Assembly (NCBI RefSeq): GCF_964204645.1
Contig: NC_134025.1
Location: 18,389,101-18,453,100, forward strand
Origin: Tubulanus polymorphus
Taxonomy: Eukaryota; Animalia; Nemertea
Direction: 5' to 3'
DNA length: 64,000 nt
Numbering within the stretch: the stretch's first letter is position 1; every line of letters starts with the position of its first letter. Positions 36,188 to 45,748 of the stretch are shown here, one piece after another. The notes beneath the pieces are model-generated. The model saw nothing but the letters and a program-made list of their open reading frames with translations, was not told the DNA's origin and ran no database searches. A program made the translations under genes and the position numbers.

Positions 36188-36670
36188 TCTATTATAATTT
36201 ATTCATGCATTATAAAGATTTATGGTTAACTAAAGAAAATAGAAATAATATGATATTTCAGGGTATTCAATCGGAAAACCATAATAAATTAAGATCAGGA
36301 GCTAATGACGCAATAGTAACTCGTACCACAGATAATTTGATTAAAAAGATTTATGGAAGCAAATATAAAATTCCATTAGACTTTGAATTGATAAATAACA
36401 ATGCACCTTTATATAAATACGCAATTCAAGAAGATATCATATTCGAGATAACATTTGCTCCTGTAAATGAAATTGTATTATCTAGCGTTGTTAAAGATAT
36501 GAGTTATAAATTATCGAATATATGTTTAGAATATGATACAGTAACTGATGAAAATATTTCAAGTATAATTCAAACTCAATACAATCAAGGATTTTCATTA
36601 TTATATGATTATATTGATAAATTTAAAACTGTAACTATTAATGCAAATGATGAAATTATTAATGAGAATA
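36188..36670 (+). pseudogene. Major capsid protein internal fragment (copy B)
   Basis: YNLFMHYKDLWLTKENRNN..INANDEIINEN matches the middle of 16622-17868. Confidence 0.85.
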
Positions 36671-36671
36671 C

Positions 36672-36987
36672 CGAATATGTCTATAACATTCAGTATCCAG
36701 AAATATCCTTTGTTGTATTCTTCTAAGTTCTTCATGTCAATTAAATCAGCTTGCCATTGTTGATCAATATATGAAACCATAACCTTTCTTGTTAAATAAG
36801 TTTTATCCATTTTCTTGTGGATATGATATGTTGGTTGATTTTGTAACCATGATTTCAATTCACTATATTTTATATTACCATTTTCCTTATCAGATTTAAT
36901 TTTACCCCATAATTCTGTAACGTTAGAATATGATACTTCACTTTCTGGGTTATAATATAAATCTCTTAAATATTGTTCTTTTTTCAT
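36672..36987 (-). pseudogene. Integrase N-terminal fragment (copy B)
   Basis: MKKEQYLRDLYYNPES..WQADLIDM..LNVIDIF, then truncated. Confidence 0.85.
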
Positions 36988-37338
36988 CTTATTTTAATCC
37001 ATTAATAATAATTTAGATTTAGTTTCAATGACTTTATGATTTGACTTATTTTCTGGTATGATAGGTTTATTGTCATTGGAATCATCTTTATCATCAGATT
37101 TGAATTTTGATTTATATATTACACCGGATAATATAATAATTGTGATTAACCCAATTGTAATATATAAGTAATTATTTCTTCCACTATTAGAAGAATCAGA
37201 TGGATTATCATTCGAATCAATATCAGATAATTTCTGTGATTCATTTATATCAGTTAATTTCTTTTTCTTAGCTTTTTTTAATTCTGAAGATCTTTTACCT
37301 AATTCTCTTGCCCATTTAATTTCTTTTTCTTAACTCCA

Positions 37339-37935
37339 TCACTCATTTATTTTAGTTAATTTTTGTTCTGATTCATTTTCTGTTTCGACGTTTGGTTGTA
37401 GTACATCTGTTTCGTTCTTACCTGATTTATATTCCATAGGTTTGATATTCGAAAATGTTATGACACCAGTAGGAATTAATGTCATAACCGATCCTAATTG
37501 AAATGAAGCATAACCAACCCATTTTTGTAATTCAGTCATAACTAAGTAGTCATTTTTCAAATCACTATATAATTTATTTTCATCATTAATTGGTATTAAC
37601 TGGTTACATAACTTAGAATAACATTTGACAATACCATCTGAAATATAATCATTTATTCTAGCTAATCTAGCTTCTTCATAAATCTTAAAATATTTTATTA
37701 CTTTATCCGGTTTCATAGAGTCTAGTTCTTGAAAAGTAATGATTCTATTTAAAAACTCATTAGTTTTTCCACCGGCAATCAATAGTTCTAGATGATGCTT
37801 ACAATATAAATAGTATTCATAATCAATATTACAATTAACTTGAGCACAATTAGTTACAACTGTATCTTTATTATCACTTATACCCAAATCATCTAATGTC
37901 TTTTCAATATCAATACTATTCTTACTCGATTTCAA
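37339..37935 (-). pseudogene. MSKKSS-family protein, start lost (copy B)
   Basis: Homologous to 21425-22033. Confidence 0.72.
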
Positions 37936-38214
37936 AAAAAATATTATAAGTATTATAAAATGATACTAGTATCTCTTTAGATTAATACTAGATAGTTAAA
38001 GGTAAAGAATTTTAGTATTAGTTATTGTTTTTTTAGTATTTTTTATTTGTGATATAAAGTATTCTTTTTTGAAAAGAAAATATTAAAAAATATAATAGAA
38101 TTCACAAGCTAGTTGAAGTTATTGTTTTTTAAATACTTTTTATTTAAAATCTATTTGATATCTCACTACTTTTGTTTATCTATTAGGAGCAGTAATTATA
38201 ACTGTCCAGATAAG

Positions 38215-38889
38215 TCATTTCGGATCCTTGATATCAAATTCCTCAACGTATTGTTCATTATTTGGATTATTGTTCCATTGATCAATAAATTTCTTTGCCT
38301 TTGTTAACTGTTCTAAATATAACTTTAAATCTAGTTTATTAGATTTAATTATGTTTTCCTTCTTTTCTAAAGGTCTTAAATTCTTCCAATTCCAAATAAG
38401 TTTTTTATTGTATTCATCATTCATGTTAAATTTAGATATTGGTAACACGTGATCAATATGGTAATAATCCCCATAATTATCTATATTCATTTTATCATCG
38501 AATTGAAATATAATCCATGATTTGAGAAATTCATCTGAACAACCCAATAAATTAGATAGTGTTTCTGAATGTGTTTCTTTGTTGAATAATTGTGTTAATC
38601 TAGATCTTAAGCATTGTTTCAATCTAAAATTAAGATCTGTTTGATATCTTTCTCTCATATATTCTGCCATATAATAATTATAATGTTCTATATTATCTTC
38701 TCGATATTGTTTAGTATATAGTTTAGTGCAAGTTTTACAGCAATATTGAAAACCATCTTTGCTAATCTTACGCTTACTAAATTCTGTTAATGATTTATCT
38801 AATTCACACTTAGAACACTTCTTGTAATATATATTTATAACACCAGTGTTATTTGTAATATTGATAATTTGTGGCTGTTCTGGTTCCAT
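38215..38889 (-). CDS. HNH endonuclease, intact (copy B)
   Basis: KKCSKC..CKTC; [27 protein letters not shown]. Confidence 0.85.
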   Translation of the reverse strand: MEPEQPQIINITNNTGVINIYYKKCSKCELDKSLTEFSKRKISKDGFQYCCKTCTKLYTKQYREDNIEHYNYYMAEYMRERYQTDLNFRLKQCLRSRLTQLFNKETHSETLSNLLGCSDEFLKSWIIFQFDDKMNIDNYGDYYHIDHVLPISKFNMNDEYNKKLIWNWKNLRPLEKKENIIKSNKLDLKLYLEQLTKAKKFIDQWNNNPNNEQYVEEFDIKDPK

Positions 38890-39021
38890 TTATTATATGT
38901 ATTTTTTACTAAATTGGTTAATATTTTAGAATCCTCTTCCATTTCTTCGACCAACGTCATCCTTTTTCATTCCTCGCTGCTTTTGATAAGTTGTTTCGAT
39001 TCCTTGATATCTAAATCATAC

Positions 39022-39345
39022 CACTGAGCAAACCGCGCATTCGTGCGCGCTTTTGATCAATGCGCATGCGCTAATCATAATTATATATAATTATGTAAAT
39101 AGAAACAACCGACATGAAATATCTAAACGCGTTCGCATTAGGCAAACCGCGCATTCATGCGCGCTTTTGCTTAATGCGCATGCGTTAATCATAATTATAT
39201 ATTCATTATGTAAATAGAAACGACCGAACATGAAATATCTGAATCATACAACTGAGCAAACCGCGCATTCGTGCGCGGTTTTGCTCAATGCGCATGCGCT
39301 AATCCTAATTATATATTCATTCTGAATAGAAACGACCGAACATAA
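39022..39345. repeat. Three-copy ~115-bp array of hairpin units (copy B)
   Basis: gcaaaccgcgcattcgtgcgcg(c/g)ttttg..aatgcgcatgcgctaatcataattatat. Confidence 0.85.
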
Positions 39346-40133
39346 AAATTCACCAAACAGATTTACACAATACATTATACAAGTTGTTCGGCCGTTTCTT
39401 CCAATACATCATTCGATTTCTATAAATACAATTTATAATTACAAACATTTTTTCAATTGCTGGTTAATATTTAACTACATCAACAAATGTTAAACTTAAT
39501 CATTGGAGTCTTAATGTTTTTGAAATTCTTATATAGTTTCTTCGTCGATCTTTTGGCGATTCTTGTGTTTCTTGTGCTAATTTCTATTGGTTCGATGTCC
39601 ATTGCTGTTGATTCCTCAGTCAGAAAGAGTATCTTGAGTTTCTCTATCACTTCTTGATGCGTATGGCGTTTTATTAATCTAAAAGATATTAGCGGTAACT
39701 CTAGCTATCTAAAAGATATACTTAATACACTTAAATATATCTAAAGGTTTCATATTTAATAGCCTCAATAACTACAAAAAACAGTACTTACATTTAGATT
39801 TAGAATTGTAAACTATAAACTCCTAATTTCGTTTCGAGAGATAGAATATCCTGAGCACAATGTTACAGCGTATGTTCATTTCCGGGGCGATTTCTAGAAT
39901 GACACGTCGTTGATTATGCCACGTCATGTGGTTCCGGCGCGCCTTTTCTAGAATATTCTACACGTTTCTGATTATGACGTGTCATCTCTATTCAGAGTTC
40001 CAGCACACCTTTCTAGAATTTTCTCTGCACGTTTGTAATAATGAGTCATAAGTCTCGGCGTCATAGTAACAGCTGTAACAGCTGTGAATTTATAGATTTA
40101 TTCCATAGCTCTTTACATTGAATGTATATAGGT

Positions 40134-40385
40134 TCAAATAGAATCATGTTCTAGTATAAACATCGGATCCTTGATATCAAATTCCTCAACGTATTGTTCA
40201 TTATTTGGATCATTATTCCATAATTCAATAAATTTCTTTGCCTTTGTTAACTGTTCTGAATATAACTGTAAATATTCAAGTTTCAATTTATTCTCTAAAT
40301 GTGTTTTAGATTTATTGTGTCTTGCTTTTTGGGATTTATCTACATTGATATTACATGTTGGACAGTAGTACTTATTTGCTTCCAT
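40134..40385 (-). CDS. Chimeric ORF: pPolB N-terminal zinc finger fused to HNH C-terminal tail
   Basis: MEANKYYCPTCNINVDKSQKARHNKSKTHLENKLKLEY matches the start of 45746; LQLYSEQLTKAKKFI..EEFDIKDP matches the end of 38215-38889. Confidence 0.6.
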   Translation of the reverse strand: MEANKYYCPTCNINVDKSQKARHNKSKTHLENKLKLEYLQLYSEQLTKAKKFIELWNNDPNNEQYVEEFDIKDPMFILEHDSI

Positions 40386-40465
40386 TTTAATACTAAATTT
40401 TTTATTAAAATTGATTTTAGAAGTTCAATGATTTAAATGTTATTCATTTATATGAATATTTTAAG

Positions 40466-40869
40466 AGTAATAGGGGTAATGGGCTTTCATATTAAAGGTT
40501 GAATGGTCGAGTTCATTAAAAACAAATATTAAAAGTAATTTAAAACGATAATATATTTTCATAACCGTGTGTATTTCAGTTGAATAATAGAATAATTATT
40601 ATTATTTGAATATATTTGATTATATGAATTTGTGTATTGTAAATAAATCAATTGGTCGCGGAGCGGAGCGGTAGCGAAGTGGAGCGACCAATTGATTTAA
40701 TACAATATGCTTTTTAAATTATTGATATCTTAGAATAAATATTTAGTTTTAATATAAAATGCACACGGTTATGAAAATATATTATAGTTTTTAATTACTT
40801 TTAATGTTTTGTTTTTTAATGAGCTCGACCGTTCGACCTTTGGTATGAAAGCCCATTACCCCTATTACT
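40466..40869. repeat. Terminal fold-back palindrome of copy B (404 bp)
   Basis: agtaataggggtaatgggctttcata at 40466 and its reverse complement ending at 40869; apex aaatcaattggtcgc-ggagcggagcggtagcgaagtgga-gcgaccaattgattt. Confidence 0.92.
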
Positions 40870-41901
40870 GACAAGGATATATCGCTGTTAATTCGATAAA
40901 AGACATCTGTTTTATTTTAATATTTGAAATGATCTTGATTTGTTCCATCAAGAACTCATTCTTATTCTGATGAGTTGACGTTAAACAGAGATAAGGACAT
41001 ATCTCTGTTAATTCGACAAAAGACATCTGTTTAATTGAAATATTTGAAAACATACATTATGCAAATTTCTAGTTCGCCAATAAAGCACTATTATCAATAT
41101 TGCTATAAATTAATAACTGATGGAATCACAAGCAATGAATCCCTTCAGGTCACATGTATGTAAAGTGTCAGAAAACCCGTTATTGCTGCTTTACGGCAAT
41201 ATTTTTGCAGTCGAACTTGTTTACGTCTCAGTTGCAGCGGGGCAGGGCGCTCATTATATTGCTCACTTAAATCACTTGCACATCAGCCCAATGTTTTTCA
41301 GTGTGTAAACTCCATCGTATTCGATTGGTATACAGGGACATTGAGGAATTGAATTTTAGGCACCAGAGCCCTCAACTTGATTCGAGCAAAAGACCTTAAC
41401 TGACTTCACAGAATTTGATGAATTCCGAATTTGATTATGAGTCTAGGATTTTCTAAATTGCTGAATGCTTTCTGCTCTGGTTTTAAGATCAATTCAAATT
41501 CAATCTTGAATACACAAAAGTGAGTCAATTATATATATTCATTTTATTGAAAGAAATTCTACTGAACACAGATTTTGAAATGGATGATATGTTTGTTGAT
41601 TTATCCAGGCGAAATAATTACAGCAAAATCAACTGACGATCAACAAGGTGAACTTTTCATTTATCTCCGGATAATTTGTCTACCCCTGATGATACAAGTA
41701 TTTTGGCTACACCTTTTGAAACCTCAACGCTTTATCTAATCGCGCCAATTAGTCAGCCACAGTCGATTTTCATGCCATCTGACCTCTTTCCACCTGTAAT
41801 TAAGCAATCAAATGAAAGAATTACTCAGTTATGTAATATAATAGAGAAGTGCAAGAAAATATAAATGATATCTTTGGAGACCAATTTAAATCATAATATT
41901 G

Positions 41902-42235
41902 ATGTACGAGTGTACGAATTGGAAGAATGGTACGAATGGTACGAGTGTACGAATGGTACGAGTGTAATAATATATATATATATGTTACTTTTAACATACT
42001 AATGGGAAGAATAGTACGAGTATAAATATAATATTTGTATTCTATTTTGAATATAATATTTGTATTCTATATTAAATATAACATTTTAAATACAGCATAA
42101 AATTGATAAAATAACTTCAAATCAAACTCGTACTGTTTTTTAAATAAGAAACATATATAAATTATATATGTTACACTCGTACACTCGTACCATTCTTCCA
42201 CTTCTTCCAATTCGTACACTCGTACCATTCTTCTA
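41902..42235. repeat. Inverted repeat of (GTACGAGT/GGTACGAAT) arrays, positional equivalent of 18997-19328
   Basis: gtacgagtgtacgaattggaagaatggtacgaatggtacgagtgta versus tacactcgtacactcgtaccattcttcca. Confidence 0.8.
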
Positions 42236-42267
42236 ATACTAAATTTTATATTCCAAATTATGATTTT

Positions 42268-42790
42268 TTTTTAATAAATTTATATTCATATGGAAATTGT
42301 AGTCTCAGTAATAATTTGGAACCTTTACTGCTATTTATTTCATTCATATATTCATCATGTTATTTCAGTAGGTATAATTTTCAGTAGGATTTTCTTCCAG
42401 AGATTGTTGCATAGATTTTCTATCTTTATTGTAGAATAATACTAAAACTCTAATATTCTCCCTAAAATCTTTCACAATCGAATTATAATTTTGATTCAAA
42501 ACCCAAGTTGTTATTCCAAAATGTCTACTAGAGAAAGCTAAATAGCATATTTCACTTTCTCTAATTTTTGAATCATGTAAATTTGCACAATCATCTACGA
42601 TAAATGATGTATTTGTTCCTTTATAAATATCTAATGCAATTTTTATACAATTATCTAAGTTATTCTTTACAGAAGTAGGATTTAATGTAATAAATCTTTT
42701 ATCTTTAAAAACTATATCTCTATTATACGTTTCATTCATTTCATAAGTAGGGCAGAATAATATTTTATTATCAAAATGATTTTTATAAAT
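42268..42790 (-). pseudogene. Packaging ATPase relic lacking Walker A (copy D)
   Basis: LFCPTYEMN..FIVDDCANLHDSKIRESE..SSRHFGITTWVLNQ. Confidence 0.85.
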
Positions 42791-42809
42791 AATAAGATTA
42801 AAACCCACT

Positions 42810-44945
42810 ATCTACAGATTAAAAGAATTAAAAGCAAGAATTTATTTATTCAATCTAAAATATAAATAAGACACGAGGTTTCGATCTCACCCTAGAGATC
42901 ATCGTCAGGTGTGAGATATAGGTTAAAAACAGAGGTATATATACAGAGGAGAACAGGTTAATTGAGTAAATTGGTGAGTGAGTAAATAATTAGGGTTTGG
43001 CAAGGCATGAAGTATTATACTTAGAAAGAAGGGAATTGTGCGGAGAAAAGCCATTATTCAAATTGGTACTAATATCTGAGTGACGAGTAATTAGGGCGGA
43101 CTCAACTATGTGGCGTTTAGTGTAATTGTTGGAAGTATAAATAATTTCGGCATTATCAAAATTAAAACGATGACCAGTGTTCCAAACGTGATTGGTTACG
43201 CCACTAGCCGGTTTTTGATTTATTATATCCTTTTTGTGTTCCGAAATTCGAGTTTTTAATTCACGACCAGTTTCTCCAAAGTAAATTTTATCAGAGCCAA
43301 AACAAGGAATTTTGTAAACTCCGCAGTCCAAAGGTTTAGATTGATTGTTTTTAACCAAAGTCTTACTAATTTTGTTTTCATACGTGAAAATGATTTGTTT
43401 ATCCAATAAAGGGAGAGAGTGATGAAAATCTTCCAAAACAGGTACATACGGAACTACAATGAACTCTGAAATGTGTTTTTTTAATTTCTGGAGGTTTAGA
43501 ATTGAAGAAAGTACGTTTAGCCTTAGAAATAGCGATTTTCAAAATGTGATCAGGGTAAGCCAATTTTTTAAGAGAGTTGGATATATGGTCAAATTCAGCC
43601 GAAAGGAAGGTTTCATCGCAGATCCGAAGTGCACGGAGAAAGAGGCCTTGAGCGAGACCAATTTTGATTGATTTAGCAGTAAACGAAAAGAAGTGAAGGT
43701 ATGCCTCGGCGTTGATAGGTTTACGGTAGACTGAGAAAATCAAATGAGAATATTTATTGTGGTCATTTTGTCTTTTTGTTCCCATTCAAAAGTGAATTTC
43801 AAAGATGGATATTGGGAGTTGATGAAGTCGATAAAAGAGGTAAGATCAAAATTATCAGAAATTAAGCACAGAATGTCATCATCATATCTAATCCAAAAGT
43901 TAGGTTTAGATCCAGCGTACTTTGGAAGAATTTCGGATTCAAAGTGGTCAAGGAAAAGATCAGCCAAAATGGGGGATAATGGGTTACCCATAGCGAAACC
44001 GAAAATTTGTTCATAGAATTTGTCTTGGAATTGGAAATATAGATTGGTTGTACAGAGTTCCAAAAGTTCAAGTAAGCAATCTACAGGAATTGGGAGATCA
44101 AGATTGGAGTCCGGGAGTTTTCTTCTTAAGAAATTGAGAGTTGGTTCCAATGGTATATTTGTGAACAAGGAAACAGCGTCGAAAGATATACATTTTTGGC
44201 CATTAGGTTTGAGATTTTTAAGTTTGTCTAAAAAATCCATATTGTGCCGAATGTGAGAATCAGAAAAAGTACCCAAAGCCGGGGAGAGTACTTTAGCTAG
44301 ATATTTGGAGAGCCGATATGATGGAGAATTGATATTAGAAATGATCGGTCTTAAAGGTGAATTAGGTTTATGAATTTTGGGAAGACCATAAGCATAAGGA
44401 AGATTTGGAAGTCGAGAGTTGAATTTGGAGATGAAGTCCGAATGGTCAGGAAATTTCTTAGAGATGTTTTTTAAACCTAAATTAAAAGCTTATTGCATCT
44501 TTTTCAAAGGGTTGTTTTTGATGGATTTGTAGAAATTGGAATCACCGAGAATGGCAAACATTTTAGAATTGTAATTGATCAAATCTTGAATAACAATTTT
44601 GCCGCCTTTATCAGCCTTGGAGATGCGGATGGTTTTGATGGATTTTAGTTCCTGGAGAGCAATCGAAAATCTCCGAGGAAAGAACTGATTAGATTGACCT
44701 TGAAGGGTATTCCAAATGGTGTCCAAATTCATGAATATAAAATTGCATTGAAAACTAGCCGGAGGAGATCTTTCCATACGTTCAACGAAATCCAAAATGT
44801 GTTGTTTTTTATGCGGAAGAGAGAAATTTAATCCTAAACCCAGAACTTGAATTTGGGTTTTGGTTAATTTAGCTGAAGATAGATTGACAACATTATCAGT
44901 TGCGCAAAATTTGGTCCAAGGGCTGTTGTTAATTAATTTATTCAG
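42810..44945 (-). mobile_element. Penelope-like retroelement (RT and GIY-YIG), degenerate
   Basis: ISKADKGG, YGLPKIHKPNSPLRPIIS, SFDAVSLFTNIP, GFAMGNPLSP, WIRYDDD, SVYRKP, CGVYKIPC..YFGETGR..RISEH. Confidence 0.9.
42870..42912 (-). ncRNA. Minimal type I hammerhead ribozyme at the Penelope 3' end
   Basis: Minus strand: acac-CTGACGA-T-gatctc-tagggt-gagatc-GAAAC-CTC-gtgt; helix III reduced. Confidence 0.65.
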
Positions 44946-45035
44946 ATTTCATATTATCTAATTCTTGATATGTTAAAATTTTACTTAGGAATTCTTTGCA
45001 TTTACCACTAGCAATTAGTTACTCAAGTTGATGTT

Positions 45036-45702
45036 AGTAATAGGGGTTTAGTTGGTTCAGGCCAAAGGTCGAACGGTCGAGCTCATTAAAAAACAAATAT
45101 TAAAAGTAATTTAAAACTATAATATATTTTCATAGCCGTGTGTATTTTATATTATAACTAAATATTTATTCTAAGATATTAATAATTTAAATTTTAAAAG
45201 CATATTTAAAAGCATAAAAGCATATTTTAAAAGCATAAAAGCATATTTCAGCATAAAAGCATAAAAGCATATTGGTCGCTCCGCTTCGCTACCGCTCCGC
45301 TCCGCGACCAATTGATTTATTTACAATACACAAATTCATATAATCAAATATATTCAAATAATAATAATTATTCTATTATTTAACTAAAATACACACGGCT
45401 ATGAAAATATATTATAGTTTTAAATTACTTTTAATATTTGTTTTTAATGAACTCGACCATTCAACCTTTAACCTGAACCAACTAAACCCCTATTACTCTT
45501 AAAATATTTATATATATATATGTATAACATATAAATTGATAGATTATTCAATATAAAAGTAACGAGTAATTAACGAGCTCTTATAGAATAGATAGATAGA
45601 TATATTTTAAACATTATTTCAATATTTATATTTGTATGAGTTAGATTTTTAAACATTAAAAGTGTTAGTAAAGTGTGATTGAAATAATACATATTTAAAT
45701 CA
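45036..45702 (+). repeat. Left TIR of copy C, with terminal palindrome 45036-45497
   Basis: Reverse complement of 62491-63071; 45036-45148 also recurs inverted at ~45385-45497; (AAAAGCAT)n expansion at ~45196-45272. Confidence 0.93.
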
Positions 45703-45720
45703 TTGAACTTCTAAAATCAA

Positions 45721-45748
45721 TTTTAATAAAAAATTTAGTATTAAAATG
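45721..45748 (+). promoter_or_regulatory. A-run + TAAA(A)TG start motif (replication-gene class; pPolB example)
   Basis: ttttaataaaaaatttagtatTAAAATG; the same TTTA(A/G)TAAAAA-N8-10-TAAA(A)TG pattern precedes 5743, 49827, 17918, 56485 and the HNH genes. Confidence 0.6.

Larger units (their letters stand above)
36188..40869 (+). mobile_element. Polinton copy B: internally deleted right half with intact terminal palindrome
   Basis: MCP fragment joined to integrase 5' part, then TM ORF, MSKK ORF, HNH, repeats, terminus ..cccctattact. Confidence 0.88.

Noticed and set aside
36133-36987. Apparent 197-aa and 128-aa ORFs as new fusion genes
   Set aside because: Read-through across deletion junctions of MCP and integrase fragments.
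39022-39345. CRISPR-like appearance of the palindromic repeat arrays (also 22440-22790, 61255-61690)
   Set aside because: The sequence between palindromes is itself repeated, so there are no unique spacers; no cas genes; eukaryotic context.
40870-41900. Short ORFs and a ~50-bp duplication right of copy B
   Set aside because: No recognisable motifs and no similarity to other parts of the window.
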